In this document: positions 1 to 10,300 of the stretch, one piece after another
Layout: the number at the start of each line of letters is the position of its first letter
Numbering within the stretch: position 1 is the first letter of the stretch
Source of the DNA: Bacteroidales bacterium
Lineage (GTDB): Bacteria; Bacteroidota; Bacteroidia; Bacteroidales; UBA1556
Assembly: GCA_023146135.1 (NCBI GenBank)
Contig: JAGLCR010000042.1
Coordinates: 7,857 to 71,856, forward strand
DNA: 64,000 nt
Reading direction: 5' to 3'
Translations under genes and position numbers: made by a program
Notes under the pieces: generated by a model
What the model was told of the DNA's origin: nothing
Database searches by the model: none
What the model saw: the letters and a program-made list of their open reading frames with translations, nothing else

Positions 1-687
1 GGTGTTATGGCCGTAAATACAGCAGCACAATTGTTGCAAACAGGTGCTTTTGATCATGCAGTAGTTATTGGGGCCGATGTGGTTTCAGATTTTGTTATTG
101 CGGGTTTTATGTCGTTTATGGCTTTAAGCCCTAAGCCTTGCAAACCTTTTGATGATAATCGTGATGGATTATCATTAGGAGAAGCTGCTGGTTGCTTGGT
201 TTTAAGTACAGAAGAGCATTCAGATATCGCGATTATTGGAGGTGCAAATGCCAATGATGCTAATCATATTTCGGGTCCTTCGCGCACGGCCGAAGGCTTG
301 TATTTGGCCATTGAAAGCTCAATGAAAGAGGCTAGAATAACAGCTTCGGATATTGATTATGTTTCAGCTCATGGCACGGCAACTATGTATAATGATGAGA
401 TGGAGTCCATTGCCTTAAATAGACATGGATTGCAGCAAACGCCAGTGAATAGCTTCAAAGGATATTGGGGGCACACATTGGGGGCTTCAGGTATTATCGA
501 GATTGTAGCATCTATCAAGTCCATGGAAAATAAGCTGTTGATTAAGTCATTGGGTTTTGATGAAAAAAACAATGGAGAACAAATTAATGTAATTAGTAAG
601 AATATTACAAAAGAAGTAAATATCGTGTTGAAAACAGCAGCAGGCTTTGGTGGAGCTAACTCATCTATTATTCTAAAAAAATATTAG
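1..687 (+). CDS. beta-ketoacyl-ACP synthase (KS), 5'-truncated by the window edge
   Basis: Frame is open from position 1; contains CKPFD, LGEAA, SAHGTAT, GHTLGA and GFGG thiolase-fold KS motifs; catalytic Cys lies upstream of the window. Confidence 0.9.
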   Translation, partial: GVMAVNTAAQLLQTGAFDHAVVIGADVVSDFVIAGFMSFMALSPKPCKPFDDNRDGLSLGEAAGCLVLSTEEHSDIAIIGGANANDANHISGPSRTAEGLYLAIESSMKEARITASDIDYVSAHGTATMYNDEMESIALNRHGLQQTPVNSFKGYWGHTLGASGIIEIVASIKSMENKLLIKSLGFDEKNNGEQINVISKNITKEVNIVLKTAAGFGGANSSIILKKY

Positions 688-689
688 CT

Positions 690-1310
690 ATGGGAGTGGA
701 GGTAGTTTCATATATTAGGATAAAAGACCATAAGGCATGGATAAATGGTGAGGCATTAAACCTTGACTTTTCAGCTATGTCATTTTTAAAAGCTATTTAT
801 AAGGATTTAGGTTTAAAATATCCCAAATTCTATAAAATGGATGAGCTAAGTAAGTTGGGTTTTATCGCTAGCGAAATGCTGTTACAAAATAATAATGTTA
901 AGTCTATTATAAACGATTTTAAACAAGATAAAATTGGAGTAATACTTCAAAATTCGGACTCAACAATAGATGTAGATAGTAATTTTTACGATTCGATACT
1001 AGATGAGCAAAAGCACTTTCCCAGTCCTGCATTATTTGTGTATACTTTGCCAAATATTGTATTAGGGGAGATCTCGATTCGCAATAAATTCAAGGGGGAG
1101 AATGCATTATTTGTATTTCAAAAGTATAATATGACTTTTGGCGTAGATTATATTAACTCCTTATTTGAAAACAATAAAATAGAAGCTTGTGTTGGTGGCT
1201 GGTTTAATGCTAATAGTGAAAACTATGATGCATTTTTGTATTTTGCAAAAGGCACAAACAAACAAGAAAATGCACATACAGTAGATAATATTTCAAAAAT
1301 ATATAAATAA
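690..1310 (+). CDS. short KS-like chain-length factor (aryl polyene/flexirubin type)
   Basis: YPKFYKMD and PSPALFVYTLPNI motifs; no catalytic His pair; lies between KS and ACP. Confidence 0.75.
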   Translation: MGVEVVSYIRIKDHKAWINGEALNLDFSAMSFLKAIYKDLGLKYPKFYKMDELSKLGFIASEMLLQNNNVKSIINDFKQDKIGVILQNSDSTIDVDSNFYDSILDEQKHFPSPALFVYTLPNIVLGEISIRNKFKGENALFVFQKYNMTFGVDYINSLFENNKIEACVGGWFNANSENYDAFLYFAKGTNKQENAHTVDNISKIYK

Positions 1311-1564
1311 TGGAAGAATTAAAGAATAAACTTAAAGCGCAGATTATTGAAGCCTTAAATTTAGAAGATGTTGAAGTAGAAGATATTAGTAATTCGGATG
1401 CGCTTTTTGGTGATGGACTTGGTTTGGATTCTATTGATGCTTTGGAGCTAATAGTATTATTAGAGCGTGAGTATGGTATCAAGATGGATGATGCAGCTGA
1501 AGGTAAAACTATTTTGCAAAGCGTAAATTCTATGGCGGAGTATATTCAGTTGAAGAAGGCTTAA
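1310..1564 (+). CDS. acyl carrier protein
   Basis: 84 aa, acidic, LGLDSIDALE phosphopantetheinylation motif. Confidence 0.95.
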   Translation: MEELKNKLKAQIIEALNLEDVEVEDISNSDALFGDGLGLDSIDALELIVLLEREYGIKMDDAAEGKTILQSVNSMAEYIQLKKA

Positions 1565-1580
1565 TTTATAGAAATATTTA

Positions 1581-2777
1581 ATGAGTAAAATTGTAATAAC
1601 AGGTATTGGTGCTATTTCAGCCATAGGAAACTCTACAGAAGACTTTCTGTCGTCTCTCATGGAAAATAGGCATGGCATTAAGCCTATTTCGATTTTGAGG
1701 ACTGCTTTGGCAGGTAAATACTTAGCTGGCGAGGTGAAATTATCCAATGAAGCCTTGCAGCATATGTCGGGTATTTCAGGCATGCAGTCTCGCACAAGTC
1801 TTTTGGCAGCTGTTGCTGTTAAAGAGGCTATTTCCATAGCTCAACTTGATTATGCTTTGTTAGCTCAAACTGGAATTATTTCATCTACCACAGTGGGTGG
1901 AATGGATAATACCGAAGAGTTTTATTACGATTTCAAGGAAAATAAAAATATTGATTTTGCAAAGCTGCATCCTAGCGGTCAGCATACAAATCAACTGGCT
2001 AATTATTTTGGTATTGATGCATATGTTTCCACAGTGAGTACTGCATGCTCATCGGCATCGAATGCTATGATTATTGGTGCTCGCTTGATAAAATCAAAAC
2101 AAGTGGATCGAGTGATTGTTGGTGGAGCAGATGCATTATCTAAATTTACGCTCAATGGTTTTAAAAGCTTGATGATATTGTCTGACACGCATTGCAAACC
2201 TTTTGATAATAACCGTAAAGGTTTGAACTTGGGAGAGGCTGCAGCCTATGTGGTTTTAGAGTCCGAAGAAGCGGCCATTAAGCGAGGAGTAAAAATTCTA
2301 GCTAATCTTGAAGCTTATTCAAATGTCAATGAGGCCTATCATCAAACAGCCTCTTCACCCAATGGCGATGGTGCTTTTGAAGCTATGACAAAGTCTTTGG
2401 CTATGGCTAATCTAAAAGTGTCAGAAGTGGATTATATCAATGCTCATGGAACTGGGACCGATAATAATGACAGCTCGGAAAGCATGGCCATTAATCGTCT
2501 TTTCAAAGGTGAGGATATTAAGTTTAGCTCTACCAAAGCTTTTACTGGGCATACATTGGCTGCAGCAGGTGGGGTAGAAGCAGTAATTTCGATTCTATGT
2601 TTGAATCATGGTTTTATTCCTGCTAACTTAAATTTTGAGAATCCAATTGATGGAGCCGAACTAACGCCCATAACGGAATTGCAGCTTGATGTAAAACCAT
2701 TGAATTACATTCTTTCCAATTCATTTGGTTTTGGTGGAAATAATACCACATTATTATTCTCGAAATATAAAATCTAA
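1581..2777 (+). CDS. beta-ketoacyl-ACP synthase (FabF-like KS)
   Basis: STACSS catalytic Cys, NAHGTGT, GHTLAA, SFGFGG. Confidence 0.93.
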   Translation: MSKIVITGIGAISAIGNSTEDFLSSLMENRHGIKPISILRTALAGKYLAGEVKLSNEALQHMSGISGMQSRTSLLAAVAVKEAISIAQLDYALLAQTGIISSTTVGGMDNTEEFYYDFKENKNIDFAKLHPSGQHTNQLANYFGIDAYVSTVSTACSSASNAMIIGARLIKSKQVDRVIVGGADALSKFTLNGFKSLMILSDTHCKPFDNNRKGLNLGEAAAYVVLESEEAAIKRGVKILANLEAYSNVNEAYHQTASSPNGDGAFEAMTKSLAMANLKVSEVDYINAHGTGTDNNDSSESMAINRLFKGEDIKFSSTKAFTGHTLAAAGGVEAVISILCLNHGFIPANLNFENPIDGAELTPITELQLDVKPLNYILSNSFGFGGNNTTLLFSKYKI

Positions 2778-2780
2778 ATC

Positions 2781-3704
2781 ATGAAGACCAAACTATATAT
2801 TAATGGAATTGGCGCTGTTTCAAGATTGAAAGATTTTAACGAACTGCAGTCTGAGACGCAGCAGCCAACTTATAAAGAGCTGATACCTGCCATGAAATTG
2901 CGCCGCATGAGTCGTATTATGCGCATGAGTAATTTTGCTGCAATTACGGCTCTTAAACAGGCGGAAATTGATGTTCCTCAGGCAATTAATGTGGGTACAG
3001 CTTATGGTTGTTTGGTTGATACCGAGAAATTTCTATCTACCTTATTGGACAATAATGAGGAGTTTTCTAATCCCTCAGCTTTTATTAATTCAACGCATAA
3101 TACCTTGGCTGGTAGCTTGGCTATTCTGCTAGGAGCTAAAGGTCAGAATTTTACTTTTGTACATGCTGAAAATGCATTTGAAAATGCATTGATTGATGCA
3201 AGTATAAGTTTAGAGGAGGGTAGTTATTCTGATATTCTTGTGGGGGGAGCCGACGAAAAGACAGAAATACTAGAATCTATTTCGGCTAACTTTATGGATG
3301 AAGAAATAGGAGAAGGGGCTGCTTTTTTGAGCCTTTCGAAAAAACAACAGCCCAATTGTAAGGCCGTAATAAAAGGTGTTTCGGTTGATAATAAAGCAAT
3401 GGATACTTCGGATTTTGTTAATGCGTTTTGCCATGAAATGGAGATTGATGCAAAGGATATTAGTTTAGTTTTATCCAATAAAAATCTCATAGCAAGTAAA
3501 CCTTTCATCGATTACAAAAGTATGATTGGTGATTACCCGTCAATAACAGCTTTTGCTTCTACTTTGGCCGTAAATATTATTGAAAAACAAAGGGTTCCAG
3601 ATTTTTTAGAATGGGATGTTTTTGATATTAATAATGTTTTGGTTTATAATAGTTATAAGAATGGAAGTCAATCACTGATACTTATTTCAAATATTTTTGA
3701 ATAG
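2781..3704 (+). CDS. KS chain-length factor
   Basis: LRRMSR, FINSTHN and GEGA motifs; no catalytic Cys/His; follows the KS. Confidence 0.8.
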   Translation: MKTKLYINGIGAVSRLKDFNELQSETQQPTYKELIPAMKLRRMSRIMRMSNFAAITALKQAEIDVPQAINVGTAYGCLVDTEKFLSTLLDNNEEFSNPSAFINSTHNTLAGSLAILLGAKGQNFTFVHAENAFENALIDASISLEEGSYSDILVGGADEKTEILESISANFMDEEIGEGAAFLSLSKKQQPNCKAVIKGVSVDNKAMDTSDFVNAFCHEMEIDAKDISLVLSNKNLIASKPFIDYKSMIGDYPSITAFASTLAVNIIEKQRVPDFLEWDVFDINNVLVYNSYKNGSQSLILISNIFE

Positions 3705-3750
3705 CTTAAGTGTGCTTATATAGAATAGGAACCTAATAATTAAACCCCTT

Positions 3751-4518
3751 ATGGCGTGGACTAAACATAGCGTTTTAATGCTGCTTTTTGCAGTGGTCTT
3801 TAGTGCGGAAATCTATGCTTATTATATAGGTTTGTTATGCTTTAAACCTATATTATTGACGCTTTTTATATACACTATACTACTGGCTTTGGGTTCCTAT
3901 TTCATGGGTTTAAGCTTTTATGGTTCTATCGTTAATCGACTTCCAAAAAAATATAATAATCAGAAAATCATTGCGCTAAGCTTTGATGATGGCCCGAATA
4001 CTGAGCTTGGTATGAAGCTTATGGATTTATTAGATAAGCATCAGGTAAAAGGCAATTTCTTCCTTATTGGAAAAAATATTGAGCAAAACAAAAAGTTGGC
4101 TATAGAATTGCATAATCGAGGTCATTTATTGGCAAATCATTCATATGAGCATAAAGGCTTTTTTCCATTATATTCAGCCAAGAATGTACGTGATGAAATT
4201 GTCAATACAAATAATCTTTTGGAGGATATTACACATAAAAAAAATACGTATTTTCGTCCTCCTTTTGGGGTGACAAATCCTATTATTGCTAAAGTTTCTA
4301 AGGGTATGGGAATGACGATGATAGGTTGGTCTTTGAGAACTTATGATACCGTAAAAACTGAAGATAGATTATTAAAAAAATTAAAGAGTAATATCAAAAA
4401 TGGAGATATTGTTCTTATGCATGAGTTGGAAAGTAGCCTCCGTGCAGTTGACAAATTTATAGAGTATGCAAAACAAAAAGGATATCGCTTTGTTTTATTA
4501 TCAGAATTTATTCGCTAA
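3751..4518 (+). CDS. membrane-anchored polysaccharide deacetylase (CE4/NodB)
   Basis: SFDDGP, NHSYEH, FRPPFG and LMHE motifs; N-terminal TM helices. Confidence 0.9.
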   Translation: MAWTKHSVLMLLFAVVFSAEIYAYYIGLLCFKPILLTLFIYTILLALGSYFMGLSFYGSIVNRLPKKYNNQKIIALSFDDGPNTELGMKLMDLLDKHQVKGNFFLIGKNIEQNKKLAIELHNRGHLLANHSYEHKGFFPLYSAKNVRDEIVNTNNLLEDITHKKNTYFRPPFGVTNPIIAKVSKGMGMTMIGWSLRTYDTVKTEDRLLKKLKSNIKNGDIVLMHELESSLRAVDKFIEYAKQKGYRFVLLSEFIR

Positions 4519-5158
4519 GAGTAAGTTATTGATTGTATTATTATTTCCTGTTTTCTTATCTTTTTCATTACTACCGCAATCTGATAGTTTTAAAGCAGTA
4601 AACCAGAGTAGTATACTGATACAAAAGCTAGACTCTTTTGCGCTAAGCCTTAAAACTATCCGTAGTGATTTTACCCAAGAAAAACATATCTCGGTGCTAG
4701 AGGAGGTTATTATTAGTAAGGGGAAATTTATTTTTCGTAGACCAAACACTTTGAAATGGTCGTATTATACTCCCATCAATTACGAAATTGCATTGATTGA
4801 TGGTAAGTTCAAAATCAATAATGATGGAAGGACTTCGGAGTTTGATATTAATTCCAACAAAATGTTTGCTGAGATTAATAATATGATTGTAAGTATGGTT
4901 AATGGCTCTATTCTTACGAGTAAATCATTTGATGTACAGTTGTTTGAAAGTAATAAGCAGTATAAAGCAGTTTTGAATCCTCGACAAAAAGATTTCAAAC
5001 GTTTTATTTCAGAGATTCATATTTTTTTCGAGAAATCAGATTTAATGGTTTCCAGGATACGTATGCTTGAGGCTTCGGGCGATTTTACCCTAATCAGCTT
5101 TGAAAATCGAACTAAGAATGAGTCTATTGCTGATTCTGAATTTGGTTTCAAAAATTAA
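4466..5158 (+). CDS. LolA-family periplasmic carrier protein (start uncertain, probably later)
   Basis: SDFTQEK...SKGKFIFRRPNTLKWSYYTP LolA signature; hydrophobic leader. Confidence 0.8.
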   Translation: MQNKKDIALFYYQNLFAKSKLLIVLLFPVFLSFSLLPQSDSFKAVNQSSILIQKLDSFALSLKTIRSDFTQEKHISVLEEVIISKGKFIFRRPNTLKWSYYTPINYEIALIDGKFKINNDGRTSEFDINSNKMFAEINNMIVSMVNGSILTSKSFDVQLFESNKQYKAVLNPRQKDFKRFISEIHIFFEKSDLMVSRIRMLEASGDFTLISFENRTKNESIADSEFGFKN

Positions 5159-5797
5159 TTGACCGTTTTGAAAAAGCTAGCTACAATACTTATTATTCTT
5201 AGCATTTCGCTGCAATCATGCTTTCACTACCATGCAGCATTTAAGCAAGTTGAGGCTGTTAATGTAAAGCCCGTTGTATTTTCAGATAGTTTCGAAAAGG
5301 CTCTTTATAAAACTAATATTCAGTTTTTGAATAAGGAATACTCTGGCTTGATGTTTTTTAAACGTATGAATGAGACTCATGCCACACGAGTGGTTTTTAT
5401 GTCAGAGTTTGGCTTAAAGTTTTTTGATTTTGAACTTCTCGATAATGGGGAGTTTAGTGTAAAGTATATACTAGATGAGCTAAATAGGGAATCATTGATC
5501 GGGGTGTTGGAGCAAGATATTAAATTGCTTTTTCAAACTGTACAAGGGCCAGTTGAGCGGAAGTATTATTTTCATGAAAATAAAGCAGTTTATTTGGAGA
5601 AGTATCGTTTGGACAAGGGGCGCTATTATTATTTCTTTGATGAGAAAAGTACTAAAATATCACAAATAGAATTTACGGGTTCGGTTTTCAAAAAAATTAA
5701 AATCATATTGGGTGACTATTCTAATGGCTTACCTAAAAGTATTGATATAAAGCATGTTAATAAAGCATTAAAGCTGCAGTTAAGATTGGTGAAATGA
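5159..5797 (+). CDS. lipoprotein of unknown function, possibly LolB-like
   Basis: TTG start, LQSC lipobox, beta-rich sequence, abuts the LolA gene. Confidence 0.6.
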   Translation: MTVLKKLATILIILSISLQSCFHYHAAFKQVEAVNVKPVVFSDSFEKALYKTNIQFLNKEYSGLMFFKRMNETHATRVVFMSEFGLKFFDFELLDNGEFSVKYILDELNRESLIGVLEQDIKLLFQTVQGPVERKYYFHENKAVYLEKYRLDKGRYYYFFDEKSTKISQIEFTGSVFKKIKIILGDYSNGLPKSIDIKHVNKALKLQLRLVK

Positions 5798-6162
5798 GTA
5801 AGATATATAAGATAGAACAGTTTTACGAGCAGGGTTCTAAAATTATTGCTCACCTAAGTATTGACGAAAATCACCCTATATTTGATGGGCACTTTCCTCA
5901 ACGCTCTGTATTGCCTGGTGTGATTCAGTTGGAGATTATTAAAGAAGTATTGTCATGTTTCATGAAATCAAGTTATAAGGTTCAGAGCATTAAGAATGCA
6001 AAGTATTTGGCTATGATTTTACCTGATGAGAATCGTTCTTTTTCTACGGAGCTCGACTATATTATTCAAGATGATCAATCGGTTAAAATAAAGGCAGTTA
6101 TTAAGAATAGCAGTAAAGTTTTTCTAAAATTTAGTGGTGTATTTATAAAAAATAATGAGTAA
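5794..6162 (+). CDS. hotdog-fold 3-hydroxyacyl-ACP dehydratase (FabZ/ApeI-like)
   Basis: HPIFDGHFP..VLPGV motif. Confidence 0.88.
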   Translation: MSKIYKIEQFYEQGSKIIAHLSIDENHPIFDGHFPQRSVLPGVIQLEIIKEVLSCFMKSSYKVQSIKNAKYLAMILPDENRSFSTELDYIIQDDQSVKIKAVIKNSSKVFLKFSGVFIKNNE

Positions 6163-7360
6163 GGAATATCAAGATATATTGGCCCAAACGCTTATTGTAG
6201 TGCCCACCTATAATAATGAGACTACTTTGCGCAAGCTTATTGAAGATGTGCTTGCTCAAACGCAAAATGTTGTTGTAGTAAATGATGGCGCAACGGATGG
6301 TACTTCAGGTATTTTACAGTCCTTCGGAAATCGTATTGTCGTACTTACAAATCAAGAAAATAAAGGCAAGGGTTTCAGTATAAAAAAGGGATTTGATTAT
6401 GCCCTAAAGAATGATTTTGAATATGTAGTTACTCTTGATTCTGATGGGCAACATTTTGCAACAGATATTCCACATTTTATTGAGGATGTTGCTAGTAATG
6501 GAGATGCTATAATTGTGGGCGCTCGTGATATGGAGTCGGAAAATATACCAGGCAAAAGCTCATTTGGTTATCGTTTTTCTAACTTTTGGTATTGGGCCGA
6601 AACAGGTGAAAAGCTTGAAGATACACAGTCTGGATATCGCCTATATCCAGTTAAGCTGATGGAAAATATTCATTTCTATACATCTCGTTTTGAGTTTGAG
6701 GTGGAGGTGTTAATTCGTAGTCAGTGGAGAGGAATAACCGTAAAAACTATTCCTGCCCAAGTTTATTACGCTGAGGGTAAAGATCGCATTTCACATTTCA
6801 AACCCAGTGTAGATTTTACCCGAATAAGTATATTGAATACCGTGTTGTTTACCATAGCCGCCTTATACATTCATCCACGAAACCTATTTCGGTATTTTAG
6901 AGATAATAACATTATCGATGTACTAAAAAAACTTTTTACCGATAATAATGAAAGTCCTGCAAAAGTTGCTAATGCAATGGGGTTTGGCATTTTTATGGGT
7001 ATCGTTCCCATTTGGGGATTTCAAATGATTGTAGCCACTTTTTTGGCACATAAGATGAATCTCAATAAAGCATTAGTGCTTTTGGCTTCCAATATTAGTA
7101 TTCCGCCAGTAGTGCCATTTTTAATATATTTTGGTTATCAAACAGGCTTCTTTTTATGGAACCATAATTTTGATACACTTGAAAATATTCATAAAGTTAC
7201 CAAGCAATTAATGAATAATGGCCTGATTGACTCCATTGAAGTTATGTGGCAAGGGCTATTGTTTTATTTCGTGGGTAGTTTTATCTTTGCCGCCATTGCA
7301 GGTGTAAGCATATGGTTGATTACGCATTTAGTATTTATCGTGAAAAGAAAGTTAGCATAG
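6155..7360 (+). CDS. GT2 glycosyltransferase fused to a DUF2062 membrane domain
   Basis: VPTYN, VNDG, GKG, DSDGQH, DTQSGYR; hydrophobic C-terminal domain. Confidence 0.88.
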   Translation: MSKEYQDILAQTLIVVPTYNNETTLRKLIEDVLAQTQNVVVVNDGATDGTSGILQSFGNRIVVLTNQENKGKGFSIKKGFDYALKNDFEYVVTLDSDGQHFATDIPHFIEDVASNGDAIIVGARDMESENIPGKSSFGYRFSNFWYWAETGEKLEDTQSGYRLYPVKLMENIHFYTSRFEFEVEVLIRSQWRGITVKTIPAQVYYAEGKDRISHFKPSVDFTRISILNTVLFTIAALYIHPRNLFRYFRDNNIIDVLKKLFTDNNESPAKVANAMGFGIFMGIVPIWGFQMIVATFLAHKMNLNKALVLLASNISIPPVVPFLIYFGYQTGFFLWNHNFDTLENIHKVTKQLMNNGLIDSIEVMWQGLLFYFVGSFIFAAIAGVSIWLITHLVFIVKRKLA

Positions 7361-10300
7361 ATGGGGCGAGTATTGTACCTTTTTCATTCATTCTTTATTA
7401 AGTTTCGATGGTTTTCGTCGGCGCTATTGCTGTTGATAATACTCTTGTCGGTTTTATCCATTTCTAGACTCAATTTCTCAGAAGATATTAGCCGAATTTT
7501 ACCTGATTCAAAGAATGTTAGGCAGCTAAAATATATACTTAAAGAATCGACCTTAATGAATAAGGTCATTTTTGATATTCATCTTGCCAATGACAGTATT
7601 GACCCTGCTAAGCTGGTTGATTATGCAGAGCATATGTCCGACTTTCTGGAGAGCGATTCTCTAAAACCCTATTTCCGAAGTCTTCAGTTGCGTGTTGATG
7701 ATAGCCAGATGCTCGATATGATGGAGCTTGTACATTCTAATTTACCTTATTTTTTGGAGGCAAAGGATTATGAGCGTATTGCAGAAAAAATACAGATTGA
7801 TAGTATCGACCAAATTGTGGATGCTGGATATAAAAGTATGCTTTCACCCATTGGTTTTGTGTCGTCAAAATACTTTCTTGAAGACCCTTTCGGAATACAG
7901 TTTATGGCCTTGCAGAAATTCCAATCCTTTAACCTAAGTGATAAAGTGGTGCTTTATCAAGGTCATATTATGAACCATGAGAAGTCGGACCTATTTTTAT
8001 TTGCCAACCTTAATAAAGCAAATAGTTCAGAGGATAATTCGTTTGTATTCAGTAATATTGAGCGTCTACAAGAGCAATTGGCATTAACTTACCCAGAGGT
8101 TCGGCTTGAAGTGTTTGGGGGTGCTTTAGTGGCTTTAGAAAATGAACATATTATCAAACGTGATGTAGCTCTTACCTTAACGATTACGCTGATATTACTG
8201 GTGTCATTAATTGCATACTTTTTTCGAAGAAGGCGTGCCGTAATTGTGATTTTTGTGCCTACATTATTAGGAGGTATTTTGGCTTTAGGTGTTTTGAGTT
8301 TGTTTAATGATGAGATATCAATTATTTCACTTGGTATCGGCGCAGTTCTTCTGGGTATGTCAATTGATTTTTCTCTTCATTTATACTCACATTATCGTGA
8401 GCATCACTCTATTTCAAAAATGTTTTCCCAGGTTTCTGTCCCCATATTATTAAGTATGTCTACCACGGTGGTAGCTTTTCTTGCTCTCAGATTATTGCAC
8501 TCTGAAGTGCTTAGCGACCTTGGACTTTTTGCCTCACTAAGTATATTTTTCTCTGCTATCTTATCACTCACTCTTTTTCCAATTTTAATTAAAAAATCCA
8601 ATGCAAAAAGAGTTGAAACCAGCACAATTCTAGATAAGATAAGTAGCTACGAAGCCTATAAAAATGGGAAGCTAATGTTGATTGTAGTTGCCATATCTGC
8701 CGTATTATTTTATGTTGGGGGTGATATTCCTTTTGACTCTGATATGCTCAAAAGTAATTACATATCTACGAAAACAGATTTGGCCGAACAGCGTATCAAT
8801 CGGGTTTTTGGAAAGGCTAATAAAGATTTGTTTATTATTTCAGTGGCCAAAAATCAGAATCAAGTTTTAGAGCAAAATCATTACTTAAACTTAGTTTTAG
8901 ATTCATTGGTAAATGTGGGTGTGATTAATCAATATTCAACAGTGAATAAGTTGATTAAGTCGGAAAAGGAACAGCATATGGCATTGGCTATATGGGATAA
9001 GTTTTGGGACGATAATTATTCGTATGCCGATAGTTTGTTGGAGAGTAAGGCACAATCTCGAGGTTTTAAAAAGTCAGCTTTTAGCAAGTTTAATCAATTA
9101 GTGAAGAAATCATATAAAGGAATATCTGTTGACGAAAAAGTGCTCATGTCAAAGTTAATATTGAACGACTTTCTTATTGAATCGGATAGTATGAGAGCAG
9201 CTATTACGGTATTGAAGATTGATGATGTGAAAGCTGCCAAACAAGCTATTGATCAGCGTATTGATAATCCCAATATTTGGGTTTACAATAGTCAAGTATT
9301 TGTAACTAAACTAATTGATAAGCTTAGTGAGAATATGAATAAGCTAGTATATTTGTCTTTGCTTTTGGTATTCCTTATCTTATTGCTTTATTTCGGGCGC
9401 ATCGAGTTGGCACTTATTACTTTGATACCTATTGTTTTTGGATATATTTGGACGGTTGGTTTAATGTCAATTATGGGTATTCAGTTCAATATTTTTAATA
9501 TTATCGTGCTCTCGTTTATTTTTGGCTTGGGTATCGATTATGGAATATTTATTACCAAGGGTATGTTACAAAAGTACACACATAATATTGATGTGATACG
9601 CGAGTATAGATCTTCTATTTCACTTTCTTTTTTCACTACGATAATTGGAGTTGGAGCGCTTATATTTGCGCATCATCCCGCTTTAAGGTCTATCGCCATA
9701 ATGGCAATTATTGGTATTAGTTCCACCCTCATTGTAACTTTTACAATGCAATCTTGGGCTTTGAATTTTATCCTTTATAATAAGGGCAAAAAACGAATGA
9801 AGCCAGTTACCCTTATTGATTTTGTTCTTTCTATATTGGCTTTGACTTACTTTGTTTCTGGCTCCATTTTTTTGACAATAGTTTCTTTTGTGTTTCGTGC
9901 AATCCCATTTGGAACGAAAGTTAAAAAGAAGATTTTTCATCGTGTTTTACAAGCTTTCTCATGGTGGATGATTTACGCAAATATTTTTAGTAAAAAGCTT
10001 ATTATTAATCCCAGCAAAGAAGATTTTTCAAGGCCATCAATTATTATTGCAAATCATCAATCGCATGTAGATGTAATGCTAATTTTATTGCTACATCCAA
10101 AATTACTTATTCTTACTAATGAAAAACAATGGAATAGTTGGCTTTATGGACAAGTGCTTCAATATGCCGATTTTTTACCCACATCGCTACCTCATGAAGA
10201 GCTAATTGAGAGGCTTCAAAAGAAAGTGGATATGGGTTATTCCATAGTTGTTTTTCCGGAGGGGACACGCAATACTAAGCCAGAGTTATTGAAGTTTCAA

